Part shown: positions 27,656 through 37,632 of the stretch, piece by piece
How positions within the stretch are numbered: the stretch's first letter is position 1
Layout: each line of letters opens with the position of its first letter
Made by a program: the position numbers and the translations under genes
Source of the DNA: Candidatus Bathyarchaeota archaeon
GTDB taxonomy: Archaea; Thermoproteota; Bathyarchaeia; TCS64
DNA: 64,000 nt
Reading direction: 5' to 3'
Assembly (NCBI GenBank): GCA_050053595.1
Contig: JASFTK010000001.1
Span: 25,842 to 89,841, forward strand
Notes under the pieces: model-generated
The model's input: only the letters and a program-made list of their open reading frames with translations
The model's database searches: none
Told to the model about the DNA's origin: nothing

Positions 27656-30554
27656 CGGGCCTGTAGGGTTTGGCCCGGGCTGCCCTGTTCTCCGGGTCGT
27701 GGATCCAGGGGTCGCTCTCGTTGGCAATGGTGACCCCGCAGCCCATCTCTTGCTCGAAGAATCCGGAGGCGTCTTCTATGAGGTTCAGCTCGCTGAAAGC
27801 CCCCCTACCCAATCTCCTCTCCAAGACCTTTGGGGGGATCTTCTTGACGTCCTCTGCTATGGTCCTTGCGAAGCCCGGGACTGCCTTCGCGTGGGCCTTG
27901 ACCTCCTCGTTCTTGAAAGACTCCTGGATCAGGGTGCCTATCTCCAACTTTCCTTTCTTGGCCAGCTCCAGGGCTTTGAGATAGACCTTCCATTTCCACG
28001 TGGTCGCGGTGTAGAAATGGATCCGGGTCGGCTCGATACCTGTCACCCTCACTATCTTCTTGACATCTTCAAGGGTGTCCCGGATGATCTGCTCCATCTC
28101 CTCAGCCTCGGGTTTGATAAGCCCAGGATCAGGAGTAGGCCACGGGGCGAATGATACGAGGCTGTCGTTACCCATAGCTTCCCAGATCTCCTCGCATATG
28201 TGGGGGGTAAAGGGCGCGAGGATCCTCACTTGGGCGTCCACCACCTTCCCCAGGACGTAGTTAATCGCTTTCTCCCTCTCCGGGTCATCCTTTTTACTTC
28301 TGACCCTGCGGCTGTACCAGCCTAGATCCTGATTGAGGTCGTAGAGGGCGGCGTGGATGGTCCTACGCACTTTCATCTCCTTCATCGCCTCCTCCGCCTC
28401 GGCTACGTACCCCTGGAGGCAGCTCAGCATCCACTCATCGATCTCAGTGAGTACGGATGCCTCCCTGTACTTCTCCCCAACGATCTCCATCGCGTTGGAG
28501 TAGAAACTCTCCAGGTTGTCCTGCATCGATTTAGCCAGCTCGGGGCTGAAATCCGCGTCCTTCAGGGGCTCGGCGGTGATCATCAGCGCCAGCCTGAGAG
28601 GGTCGGTGTGGAACTGGTCGATGGCGTTGGCCAGGGGGATGATGTTGTTCATCGATTTGCTCATCTTCTCCCCCTCCATCAAGACGCTGCCGTTGACCAC
28701 GATGCCCCGGGGCCACTTCTCCTGGGGGAAGATCGCGTCGTGGTTGAAGATCATGAAGGTGAGGTGGTTCGAGATCAGGTCTCGCCCTGAGTGTCTGGCG
28801 TCCAACGGATAGAAGTACTCGAACTGGTCCCTGACAGCCTCCAGTTCCTCAATGGGGATATCGATCATCTCGGAGACGGCCTCGGCGGAGCCCTCCCCCA
28901 GGAAGACGTAGTCCCAGAAATCCTCGGTGAGGGAGTCAGGGTCTGGTTGTAACTTGTAGATGTTCTTGATTACGGTGTAGTATGCCATGTATATGGTGGA
29001 GTCGCTGAGGCTCTCGATGATCCACTCAGGGGCCCACGGCAGCTTGGTGCCCATCCCGACATTCCGGGCGCAGGCCTTCCTGTCCAGCCAGTCGATGACA
29101 TATATATACTCCCGCCTCAGTTCCTTGGGGATGATCTCCATCTCCGCCAGATTCTCGTGGGCGAGCGCCTTCCAGGACGTGGCGCCGTAGTCAATAAACC
29201 ACTGGTTCTCGAATATCTTAACCAGGACGTCGGAGCCACAGCGGCACTGCACAGGCTCGATCAACTCGTACATCGTCGTGGCCCGGCCGTCGGCGATCAT
29301 GTCCTCCTTCACCGCGTCCTTGGCCCTGTCGACGGTCAATCCGACGTATTGCCCGGTTATTCCCTTGAGGCGGCCGTTGTGGAACTCTTGACTGTAGACC
29401 TCTCTGGTGGCCTTCTCCAGTTTAGGGTCGTCCTGCTCGGTGATCCCCATCTTTTCCACTACGTCAGCGGCGGGGACCTCCCCCCAGCCCTGGACTTCGA
29501 TGAGGCTTATGGGTTTCAGCTTCGCTATGTCCGACCGTCTCATGTTGAACCTCTCATACTCGTCCCTTGGGGCTTTCTTCAGTTGCTCTAGGGCGACCAA
29601 GTCGAATGGGGCGTGGGCGGGCACCGACATCACCACCCCTGTGGCGTTCTTGGGGTCGACGAATGTGGCTGGCAGTATGGGGATCTCATTTCCGGTCATG
29701 GGGTTGGTGAGGGTCCCACCTATCAGCTTGCTGCCTAGGTACTCGGTGACGACCTCGACCTCGTATCCCAGGAATTGGAGCTTGTTGGCCGCGTCTGCGC
29801 TCACCAGCCAGACCTCTCCTTCCACCTTCACCTCGACATATAGTGTGTCGGGGTTGAGCCACATGTTAGTGACCCCGAAGACGGTCTCAGGGCGGAGGGT
29901 GGCGGCGGGATAGACGACATCACCACGCTTGAACTTGATGACCGTGAACTCCTCGATCTCGGGTTCCTTATCACCGACAGTGTCGTGCTGTCCCACAGGG
30001 TTACCGCAGCCGGGGCACCAGCCCACTGGGTGGCTCCCTTGGGTTATATAACCTCGCTGCCTGAGCTTGGCGAACTGCCACTCGATGAACTTGCTGTATA
30101 TGGGGTCGATGGTGGTGAACTCTCGGCGCCAGTCGATGCTGAACCCCATCAGCTGCATCCCTGTCTTGATCTCCTCGGCGAAGTACGCCGCCATCCCTGT
30201 GGGGGTCTCCAGTCTGTGCAGCTCGTCCTCTGGGATGTTGTAGATGTTGACGAAGGTGTCGAGGAGTTCCGGGTCCTTCTCCTTGAGCCTGTCCACCATC
30301 GCGATTACGGGGGTACCGGTGTAGTGGAACGCCATAGGGAAGAGGACATTGTAGCCCTGCATCCTCCGGTAGCGGGCGTGGACATCGGTCAGTGTGTAGG
30401 TCCTGCCGTGACCTATGTGCTGGGGGGAGTTGGGGTAGGGGTAAGCGACTGTGATGAAGTACTTGGGCTTCTCAGGGTCAGGGTCAGCCTCGAAGACCCC
30501 GGCCTCCGCCCACCGCCTCCTCCACTTCTCCTCGATGTTCTTCCAATCAACCAT
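27639..30554 (-). CDS. leuS: leucyl-tRNA synthetase (archaeal type)
   Basis: 971 aa with class I HIGH (PHIGH) and KMSKS motifs. Confidence 0.9.
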   Translation of the reverse strand: MVDWKNIEEKWRRRWAEAGVFEADPDPEKPKYFITVAYPYPNSPQHIGHGRTYTLTDVHARYRRMQGYNVLFPMAFHYTGTPVIAMVDRLKEKDPELLDTFVNIYNIPEDELHRLETPTGMAAYFAEEIKTGMQLMGFSIDWRREFTTIDPIYSKFIEWQFAKLRQRGYITQGSHPVGWCPGCGNPVGQHDTVGDKEPEIEEFTVIKFKRGDVVYPAATLRPETVFGVTNMWLNPDTLYVEVKVEGEVWLVSADAANKLQFLGYEVEVVTEYLGSKLIGGTLTNPMTGNEIPILPATFVDPKNATGVVMSVPAHAPFDLVALEQLKKAPRDEYERFNMRRSDIAKLKPISLIEVQGWGEVPAADVVEKMGITEQDDPKLEKATREVYSQEFHNGRLKGITGQYVGLTVDRAKDAVKEDMIADGRATTMYELIEPVQCRCGSDVLVKIFENQWFIDYGATSWKALAHENLAEMEIIPKELRREYIYVIDWLDRKACARNVGMGTKLPWAPEWIIESLSDSTIYMAYYTVIKNIYKLQPDPDSLTEDFWDYVFLGEGSAEAVSEMIDIPIEELEAVRDQFEYFYPLDARHSGRDLISNHLTFMIFNHDAIFPQEKWPRGIVVNGSVLMEGEKMSKSMNNIIPLANAIDQFHTDPLRLALMITAEPLKDADFSPELAKSMQDNLESFYSNAMEIVGEKYREASVLTEIDEWMLSCLQGYVAEAEEAMKEMKVRRTIHAALYDLNQDLGWYSRRVRSKKDDPEREKAINYVLGKVVDAQVRILAPFTPHICEEIWEAMGNDSLVSFAPWPTPDPGLIKPEAEEMEQIIRDTLEDVKKIVRVTGIEPTRIHFYTATTWKWKVYLKALELAKKGKLEIGTLIQESFKNEEVKAHAKAVPGFARTIAEDVKKIPPKVLERRLGRGAFSELNLIEDASGFFEQEMGCGVTIANESDPWIHDPENRAARAKPYRPAIYVE

Positions 30555-30639
30555 CGTATCACCTACTCATCTAGATTTGCGGGTTATTTTCGATTGTCAG
30601 GGGAATAAAGGTTGTGAGTAAAAATCGTTGCGGAACCCC

Positions 30640-33381
30640 TCAGCTGAGCTGATCCCTGAGGGTTTCCCTTATCACTTCCCTAGACCCCCTGAACTTCTCA
30701 GGGTCTCCTCCACCCCCCTGACCGAAATGGGGCTGCCCACCCCCCTGCCCTCCGATCATCTCTGAGACCTTGGAAGTCAGTCTCCCGGCGTGGACCCCCT
30801 TGGAGATGGCCACCTCTCCCACTTTAACTACGAGCCTCCCCTCGTCCTCGGAGAACAATAAGGCAACAACTCCCTCGTCGTTCTCTGCTAGAGCGTTCCC
30901 CACCTCGATTAGGAAGTCAGGGTCCGTTTTATCGGAGTGGACCACGAGCGTGATACCGTCGACATCCTCGGCTTCTTCAATCAGCCTCTGGGCGGTCTGT
31001 CTGGAAGCCGCGAGTTGGAGGGTCTCAAGTTGCTTCTTGAGCTCTTTATCTTGGTCAATTAACGTGGCGGTTGATGTTCCCACCTGATGATATGTTGTGC
31101 CAAGTAGTTCAGCAGCTTCCATGAGGCTCCTCTCCCTCCTCTGGACCTCGGCGAGGGCGTGGGGACCCACTGCGTAGATCAGGCGCTCGACACCATCTTG
31201 GACCCTCTCAGTGTTCACTATCTTGATGAGCCCCGCCTCAGAGGTGTTAGAGAGGTGGGTCCCACCACACGCCTCGACATCCCAACCCCCCTCCACCTCG
31301 ACGACCCTGATCTCCTTCCCGGGGACCGCCCCCCCTTGATAGAGCCTGAACCCGTACTCTGCCTCTGCGTCGTTCCTCTGCATCCAGCGGCAGGCGACGG
31401 GTCGGCCCTCCCAGACAACCATATTGGCGAGGCGTTCTATCTCCTCGACCTGCTCCCTTGTGAGCCTCTTGTAGTGACTGATGTCAAGGCGGCTGGTCTC
31501 CACCCCTTTCTGGGCACCAGACTGCCATGCATGATCCCCCAAGACCCTCCGGGCAGCCCCAAGGATCAGGTGGGTGGCTGTGTGGGCTCTCATCAGGGCG
31601 AGCCGCCTCTCCCAGTCGATGACACCCCTCACCTTGTCTCCGACACCGATCTCTGACGCGTCGTCAACCTTGTGAAGTATCACCCCCTCGATGGATAAAA
31701 CGTTCTCCACCTGGACCTCGGTTTCATCTTTCTCCAATTTACCGATGTCTGAGATCTGTCCCCCGCCCTCCGCGTAGAACCCGGTCTGGTCGAGGACGAT
31801 GTATCCGCCAGAGATGATCGCCTTAACTTCCGCTCTGAACTCCCTCAGATAAGGGTCCTCGTAGAATAGAGCCCTGGTAGCCTCCATCCCCTCTACCTCC
31901 GAGGCGAGTTCATCCTCCCTTGTCTCCCTATCCCCGCCCTCGCCGGTGAGGTGCCTCATGGCTACCAGAGAGTAAAAGTCCTCGGGGACCCCGACCTTCA
32001 CACCGGACTCGGAGGCGACCTCGGTGACGTCGTCGGGTGTGAGGCCATGGGAGTCATAGAACTCTACTAACTGGTCGACGGGGACACCCGCCTCGTTCCG
32101 CTGGAGGTAACGCTTGACCAGACCTCTACCCCTATTGAGGGTGTCCCGGTATTTCTCTCCCTCATGCTCCACCATCTCAAGTATATCATCACTCATCGAA
32201 TGGAGCTGGGGGAAATCGCCACCCCAGAACCCAATCTGGGCCTCCACTAGATCCGGTAGCCGGTCCTCGATACCGATCCTGCGGAGGAGCCTGTAGATAC
32301 GCCTGTAGAGGAGACGGGCTAGGTAGCCCTCACGGACATTGGAGGGCACCACCCCCTCTGAGAGAATAAATGCCAGACTCTTGGAGTGGTCGAGGACCGC
32401 GTAGACTGACTCCACCGGGGTAAGCTGTCGGTCCAACTCTCCGGGGTCGATGCCGACCAGCTTCGCTATCTTCTCCCTCTCCATCTCTTTATTACCCGAG
32501 GTGATGCGGCAGGAATACTTAGCTGTCTCTGCGAGGAGTTCGGTGTCTGGGCTTATCCTCGCCCATCCCATGACCTCGTCAAGGATGGATCCGTATATGG
32601 TGTGGAAGGCGCTGGGGGAGCCCTGGCTCAGCCACGCCCACCTCTCCATACCGTATCCGGTGTCCACAACCTGGATGGGCATCGGCTCCATCCGGTCCCC
32701 GATCACACGGTACATCATGAACACCAGGGTGGAGACCTCTAGGCCGCCGACGCATCCCTCTAGGTCGAATCCCGCGTTACCCCCACCACTCCAGAGTCCC
32801 TCCTTGTAGGTGACCAGCTCATCTTTGACCCCTAGATCTTCTGTGAGCAACTCGTGGTGGTAGCGGACGGTCTGGTCTTTCCAGTAGATCTGAGGCTCCC
32901 CCTCGTAGTTGAAAGCGTGGTGGCCTCCCATCTCAAAGAAGGTGAGGTGACGTCCAGCCGTGTAGCCGGCCAAGTCGATGTCCTCGAACCTTATGCAAGG
33001 CTGGCTGACGACCAGAGGGTTCCCAGGCGGGGGTATGATGCCCTCGGTGACGTAGGGCTGGAAGTCGATGATGCTAGCGATGGTGATCATCAGGTCGTCC
33101 CGCCACCTGGCGACGACGGGGTAGGGACTCACCCGTAGGTGTCCCCTCTCTTCGAAGAATGAGAGGAACTTTTCCCTCATCTCGGAGACCGTGAACGGAC
33201 GGTTAACGGGGGGATCGCCGATGAAAGTGTAGTCGACGCAAGGTGCATCCCCGCAGTTCTCGGCGTCAGGGTCCAACGTCCAGTAGTGGAGGCCACAGCT
33301 GGGGCAGAGCTTCCTGACGTATCCCGTCTCAAGGAAGAATGGCAATCTGAACTCGTCTGGGGGTACTTCCACGTGGCTCAA
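30640..33381 (-). CDS. alaS: alanyl-tRNA synthetase
   Basis: Similarity to AlaRS runs across the ORF, including the editing-domain HTATH, the C-terminal DHHA1 domain and an N-terminal CPSCG Zn motif. The start is moved to TTG 33381 (or GTG 33372). The track's basic N-terminal extension is an out-of-frame read of the P1 gene. Confidence 0.9.
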   Translation of the reverse strand: MSHVEVPPDEFRLPFFLETGYVRKLCPSCGLHYWTLDPDAENCGDAPCVDYTFIGDPPVNRPFTVSEMREKFLSFFEERGHLRVSPYPVVARWRDDLMITIASIIDFQPYVTEGIIPPPGNPLVVSQPCIRFEDIDLAGYTAGRHLTFFEMGGHHAFNYEGEPQIYWKDQTVRYHHELLTEDLGVKDELVTYKEGLWSGGGNAGFDLEGCVGGLEVSTLVFMMYRVIGDRMEPMPIQVVDTGYGMERWAWLSQGSPSAFHTIYGSILDEVMGWARISPDTELLAETAKYSCRITSGNKEMEREKIAKLVGIDPGELDRQLTPVESVYAVLDHSKSLAFILSEGVVPSNVREGYLARLLYRRIYRLLRRIGIEDRLPDLVEAQIGFWGGDFPQLHSMSDDILEMVEHEGEKYRDTLNRGRGLVKRYLQRNEAGVPVDQLVEFYDSHGLTPDDVTEVASESGVKVGVPEDFYSLVAMRHLTGEGGDRETREDELASEVEGMEATRALFYEDPYLREFRAEVKAIISGGYIVLDQTGFYAEGGGQISDIGKLEKDETEVQVENVLSIEGVILHKVDDASEIGVGDKVRGVIDWERRLALMRAHTATHLILGAARRVLGDHAWQSGAQKGVETSRLDISHYKRLTREQVEEIERLANMVVWEGRPVACRWMQRNDAEAEYGFRLYQGGAVPGKEIRVVEVEGGWDVEACGGTHLSNTSEAGLIKIVNTERVQDGVERLIYAVGPHALAEVQRRERSLMEAAELLGTTYHQVGTSTATLIDQDKELKKQLETLQLAASRQTAQRLIEEAEDVDGITLVVHSDKTDPDFLIEVGNALAENDEGVVALLFSEDEGRLVVKVGEVAISKGVHAGRLTSKVSEMIGGQGGGQPHFGQGGGGDPEKFRGSREVIRETLRDQLS

Positions 33382-33424
33382 TCTCCCGCAGGGGGAATGG
33401 TCTGGGGAGTGGAAAAAACTTTGC

Positions 33425-33727
33425 TTAAGCACCGAAGAGGGCGCTGAGTCCCTGTAGGTCCTCTTCTTCCTCTTCTTCTTCCTCTTCCTCCGGCTCCTCC
33501 TCTTCCTCCTCCTGAGCGACAGGGGCGGCAGAGGGTGCAGCGGCAGCGGTGACGACGGGGGCCTTAAGCGCCTCGTCGATATCGACCTCCGCAAGGGCGG
33601 CAACAAGGGCCTTCACCCTGACGGCGTCAGGGCTGATCCCTGCGGCGTTTAGAATATTCCCTATGGAATTCTCATTGATCTCCTCACCGGCGCTGTGGAG
33701 CAACATCGCGGCGTACATATATTCCAT
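33425..33727 (-). CDS. rpl12: 50S ribosomal stalk protein P1 (L12e)
   Basis: [11 protein letters not shown] at the N-terminus, a poly-Glu C-terminal tail and a terminal GLSALFGA. Confidence 0.85.
   Translation of the reverse strand: MEYMYAAMLLHSAGEEINENSIGNILNAAGISPDAVRVKALVAALAEVDIDEALKAPVVTAAAAPSAAPVAQEEEEEEPEEEEEEEEEEDLQGLSALFGA
33461..33513. repeat. (CTY)n simple repeat encoding the poly-Glu tail of P1
   Basis: ctcttcttcctcttcttcttcctcttcctcc on the plus strand, i.e. GAG/GAA codons on the minus strand. Confidence 0.6.
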
Positions 33728-33863
33728 CTTTTAACCTCTCATGGTCCGGTCCGGCGGACCGTGAAGTAACGAGTATAGAACCGGCTTTTATTCTTTCCTA
33801 TTTCTACACCCTAACTGAGGAAATGTTTTATCGTCTACGAACTAGAAAAGGTGTGAGACTCGG

Positions 33864-34745
33864 ATGACTAGGAGAATCAGGAAGAAACCGGTGGAGGCCC
33901 TCGACGCCCTCGTGGACTCCGTCCTTGACCCTCACACCCCACCGATTGCGAGGATTGAACCCGGGGAGACTGTGGAGATCGAGACCTGGAGCGCACTCAC
34001 CAAGGTCACCAACCCTGTGACCGGCCCCCTTTATGTGGTGGGAGCCGAGCCCGGGGACACCCTGGTCGTCGAGATACTGGACATAGAACTCCCTGACCGG
34101 GGGACAGTGGCCATCATCCCTGGCTTTGGAGCCTTGGAGGGCTGGCTGAACCTCATGGAGCCCAAGAGAAAGGAATGCGAGATCAGAGAAGGCAAGATAC
34201 TCTACGAGAGGGATGATGGGAAGAACTTCGAGCTAGAAGCTGATCCCTTCATAGGAACCATCGGGGTCTCACCCAGTGTCGAGGCTGTATCCAGCCTCAC
34301 CCCCGGCCTTCACGGGGGGAACATGGATTGCCCCGACATAAAGCCAGGGAACAAGCTGATGCTACCTGTCTCCAGACCTGGCGCCCTCTTCAAGCTCGGC
34401 GACGTCCATGCCGTCCAGGGAGATGGAGAGTTGTGTGGGGTCGCCATCGAGGTAGACGCCGTTGTCACCCTCAGGTTCAACCTTGTCAAAGATGGGGGTC
34501 TCACGTGGCCGAGGATCGAGTCGCCTGAGGAGATTATGGCCGTGGGCAGCGCCCGGCCGCTGGAGGACGCGGCCCGCCATGCCTTCAGAGAGATGGTGGA
34601 ATGGATGGTCGCTGACCACGGCTGGACCCCCGATGATGCCTACATGTTCTTAAGCGTGGTGGCGAAAGCAAGGATAGCGCAGATCGTTGACCCCCTTTAT
34701 ACGGTGGTCGCGAAGCTATCGAAGAAGTATTTAGAGGTGAATTAG
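33864..34745 (+). CDS. formamidase/acetamidase (FmdA_AmdA family)
   Basis: 293 aa with similarity to the acetamidase/formamidase family across the ORF (GPLYVVGAEPGD...GGNMDC). Confidence 0.85.
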   Translation: MTRRIRKKPVEALDALVDSVLDPHTPPIARIEPGETVEIETWSALTKVTNPVTGPLYVVGAEPGDTLVVEILDIELPDRGTVAIIPGFGALEGWLNLMEPKRKECEIREGKILYERDDGKNFELEADPFIGTIGVSPSVEAVSSLTPGLHGGNMDCPDIKPGNKLMLPVSRPGALFKLGDVHAVQGDGELCGVAIEVDAVVTLRFNLVKDGGLTWPRIESPEEIMAVGSARPLEDAARHAFREMVEWMVADHGWTPDDAYMFLSVVAKARIAQIVDPLYTVVAKLSKKYLEVN

Positions 34746-35039
34746 GTGGAAGAGACAGAGACCATTGTGTGCCCCAAGTGCGGCGGATCCATGATCAAGG
34801 GGAGGGTCATCATCCCCATCGAGAGGCTGAGCTCCCCTGAGATGGGTCAGCTCACCCCCGGCTTCATGAGGGAGGGCCTCCCCCCAATAGTGGAGAACTT
34901 CACCACCGTCCCCCACTGGGAAGAAAAGACAGGGGAAAAGACGGGGCTCATCTTCAAGAAGGACAAGATGATAACGATGAAGATACGCGCCCAACGTTGC
35001 ACCCTGTGTAACTACATCGAACTCTACGCCGAGGGATAG
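34746..35039 (+). CDS. zinc-ribbon protein, translationally coupled to formamidase
   Basis: CPKCG at the N-terminus and CTLC at the C-terminus. A GTG start abuts the formamidase stop. Confidence 0.5.
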   Translation: MEETETIVCPKCGGSMIKGRVIIPIERLSSPEMGQLTPGFMREGLPPIVENFTTVPHWEEKTGEKTGLIFKKDKMITMKIRAQRCTLCNYIELYAEG

Positions 35040-35048
35040 ATGGACGGG

Positions 35049-35810
35049 TCAGAGTTCAAAGACATCTCTGTAAACGCCTCTCCTGTAGCAGGCTTTGATG
35101 CACTTCCCGCAAACCTCACCGTCCAACCCCAGGGCCACTATATAACGGCGACACTGCTCCCTATAATTCGGGAGCCTCTCCTTGTTCGCAAGGAACCGGC
35201 AGGCGTCAAGGCACGCCGAGCAGCCCCCGCAACCCTCGGAGGTCGGAGGGGTCCTCTCTAGAGGTAGGTCGGTGACCACCGATGCGAGTCTTATGGCACA
35301 GCTGTACCTGGGATTCACTATCAACTCGTTCCTCCCCCTCCAGCCCACCCCTGAGAGTTCAGCGGCGACCCTGTGAGACACAACAAGGGGGTAAAAGTCC
35401 TCTACGTGGGAGATCTCTTTAGCGATCCCCGTCGTCGTTGCGGGGATCGAGTATCCTCCGATATCTTCTGCCAGGAGGGAGGCGGTATCGTTCAGAGCGG
35501 TGTTCAGTCGATGGTACCAATCAGCGTAGACATTCCATAACTTTAGATCGTACCCCCCATCCCACTTCCGGGCGACAGCGTCAATGGCCTCCTCAGGGTA
35601 GGCGTAAGCAATACTGATGATGGACCCTCTCTCCAAGAGCCTATCAAATATATCTCCAGAATGTTCCCTGAGTCTAATCCTCTGGACCGGGAGGAGGCTA
35701 TCATAGACACCCTTGAATGATGCAACACCCAGAACGCCATTCAGCCCCCTCATTGAGGCTTCGGCCTCGAATCTTTGACGTATGCCATCCAGATCTCTGA
35801 GTCCCGACAT
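35049..35810 (-). CDS. 4Fe-4S cluster protein, epoxyqueuosine-reductase (QueG)-like
   Basis: CGGCSACLDAC followed by CGKCIKAC, two ferredoxin-type motifs arranged as in the QueG / reductive-dehalogenase C-terminus. 253 aa. Confidence 0.5.
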   Translation of the reverse strand: MSGLRDLDGIRQRFEAEASMRGLNGVLGVASFKGVYDSLLPVQRIRLREHSGDIFDRLLERGSIISIAYAYPEEAIDAVARKWDGGYDLKLWNVYADWYHRLNTALNDTASLLAEDIGGYSIPATTTGIAKEISHVEDFYPLVVSHRVAAELSGVGWRGRNELIVNPRYSCAIRLASVVTDLPLERTPPTSEGCGGCSACLDACRFLANKERLPNYREQCRRYIVALGLDGEVCGKCIKACYRRGVYRDVFEL

Positions 35811-35874
35811 CCCGAGTAATGTTACATCTCTGAATATAATGCTTTGAGCCCCCTTTGAAGAGTGTTATATATCG

Positions 35875-36666
35875 TTGAGAATGAGTGAATGGGAGAGAGA
35901 TCCTATGAGGAATAATGTGAAGGAGACACTTGAGGAGGGCGGCGTTGCGCTCGGCGCATGGATATCCGTCCTGGACCCGGTCACGGCCCGTGTTGTAGCG
36001 GGTTCTGGGCTCGATTGGGTGCTATTCGACACCGAACATGGGCCCTCCGGCATCGAGACCATCGACGGCCTTGTCCGGGGTGTCATCGGTGCAGGAGCCT
36101 CCCCCCTGATTAGGGTAGTCTGGAATGACATCAACGCTATAAAGAAAGCCCTCGACACAGGGGTTTACGGCATAGTGGTGCCATGGGTCAACACCAAGGA
36201 AGAGGCAGAGAAGGCGGTCAGCTATACAAGGTACGCTCCTGAAGGTCTCAGGGGCTGCGCTGCAGGCCGCCCCGCCAGCGCTTGGGGGATGACGGGGAAG
36301 GAGTATATGGATATAGTAAACGACCAAATCTTCGTTGCTGTCCAGATCGAGACCAAGAAGGCTGTGGATAACATCGACGAGATAGTCTCAGCAGAAGGGG
36401 TTGACGCCACCTTTGTAGGACCCTCCGACCTATCCGCCTCATACGGGGTCAGAGGGCAGTTCTGGCACCCCAAGGTACGGGGAGCCCTTGAGACGATCAT
36501 CGAAGCCTCTGAGGCCGCCGGGGTGGCGCCGGGTATCGCCTTCGGAAAGGGACCCGAACACTGCGTGGAGCTTATCGAGCAGGGCTTCAGATTCATCGGG
36601 GTAGGTGGCGACACAGCGTTCCTGAGGAGAGGGTGCGAGGCAACTCTAGCCAAGATTCAGGGTTGA
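35875..36666 (+). CDS. HpcH/HpaI family 2-keto-3-deoxy-acid aldolase
   Basis: Similarity to 2,4-dihydroxyhept-2-enedioate / KDR aldolases (VLFDTEHG...VQIET). An alternative start lies at ATG 35905. Confidence 0.8.
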   Translation: MRMSEWERDPMRNNVKETLEEGGVALGAWISVLDPVTARVVAGSGLDWVLFDTEHGPSGIETIDGLVRGVIGAGASPLIRVVWNDINAIKKALDTGVYGIVVPWVNTKEEAEKAVSYTRYAPEGLRGCAAGRPASAWGMTGKEYMDIVNDQIFVAVQIETKKAVDNIDEIVSAEGVDATFVGPSDLSASYGVRGQFWHPKVRGALETIIEASEAAGVAPGIAFGKGPEHCVELIEQGFRFIGVGGDTAFLRRGCEATLAKIQG

Positions 36667-36868
36667 TTCCCCCCCATATGCCATAGAATCTAGGTCTATT
36701 GATGCCTGAGCCGGTTTCTCTAATGGTGATAGTTAACCTCCTCCATGGAGCGAGGTAGCCATCCCCATTTCTGCCCGGGTTCTGTCGAATTTAGAAACTT
36801 TTTTTCCTTGTCGTTCACACTGTCTGGTTGAGGTTGTTGTGTTGAGTGTGTTGAGTTTCCTTAAGAGT

Positions 36869-37300
36869 ATGGTTGGGGCTGAGGAGGAGATCGTCCGCTC
36901 GGTAGAGGGTTCGATGGTCGATTTACAGAACTATGCTGTCAGGAGCGCTCTGAAGGGGATCTCATACGACTCCCTGAAACACGCTGAGATGTACAGATCT
37001 GCAGCGGATCTCCTCTCAGAGCCTCGACCCGCATTAGACGAGAGGCAATTGGACGTTCAACGAGATTTAGTGGCCAAGCACATCAGGATGGAGGAGAAGG
37101 TCATTACCAAACTGGAGAAAATGATCCCTGAGGTCGAGAACGAGAAGGTCTCCTTCTTGTTAGAGGCGATTATCGAGGACGAGAGACGCCACCACAAAGT
37201 GCTGAAAAGGGTTGAGAAACTACTGATCCAAGGGGAGACTGTGACTGATGAGGACTGGTGGGATGCAGTCTGGGGAGACGCGCCAGGCCTCTGGACATGA
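36869..37300 (+). CDS. ferritin-like/rubrerythrin-like domain protein
   Basis: ExxH-type pairs (HAEMYRSA, EDERRHHKV) suggest a diiron four-helix bundle. It is followed directly by a rubredoxin gene. Confidence 0.5.
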   Translation: MVGAEEEIVRSVEGSMVDLQNYAVRSALKGISYDSLKHAEMYRSAADLLSEPRPALDERQLDVQRDLVAKHIRMEEKVITKLEKMIPEVENEKVSFLLEAIIEDERRHHKVLKRVEKLLIQGETVTDEDWWDAVWGDAPGLWT

Positions 37301-37407
37301 ACGAAACATTAGAAATCTCGAAAAAACACAGTCCATTTATCGTGACCACTTGAACACCGGGATTGTGAGCGATCAACACTATATATCAGCACCTGAATCT
37401 TTTATCC

Positions 37408-37566
37408 ATGTCAAAATGGCAATGCACTGTCTGTGGCTACATCTACGACCCGGATGAGGGAGACCCCGATGGGGGTGTTGAGCCGGGGACACCTTTCGAG
37501 GAGCTCCCGGATGACTGGGTCTGTCCCGTCTGCGGGGCCGCCAAGTCCGAATTCGAGGAGATGTAG
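37408..37566 (+). CDS. rub: rubredoxin
   Basis: The 52-aa product [52 protein letters not shown] carries both CxxCG knuckles. It is below the 60-aa cutoff of the ORF track. Confidence 0.85.
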   Translation: MSKWQCTVCGYIYDPDEGDPDGGVEPGTPFEELPDDWVCPVCGAAKSEFEEM

Positions 37567-37623
37567 GTCAGGGATCCCAGATCTCGGTTGGACCCCTCCT
37601 TGGGTTTCGCTGGCCCCGCATAA

Positions 37624-37632
37624 CCTTTTTAT
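37624..37632 (+). terminator. T-tract (ccttttta) after rubredoxin
   Basis: An oligo-T run typical of archaeal termination. Confidence 0.35.

Noticed and set aside
28353-29913. Several 100-170-aa ORFs on the + strand inside leuS, and similar ones inside alaS (e.g. 31159-31656, 32450-32809)
   Set aside because: They are antisense to long, well-supported synthetase genes, have low-complexity Pro/Arg/Gly-rich composition typical of GC-rich antisense frames, and match no family.
33382-33606. Highly basic N-terminal extension ([18 protein letters not shown]) on the track's AlaRS ORF
   Set aside because: It is the alternate-frame reading of the GAG/GAA codons of the P1 poly-Glu tail on the same strand. 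The AlaRS homology starts at about 33381.
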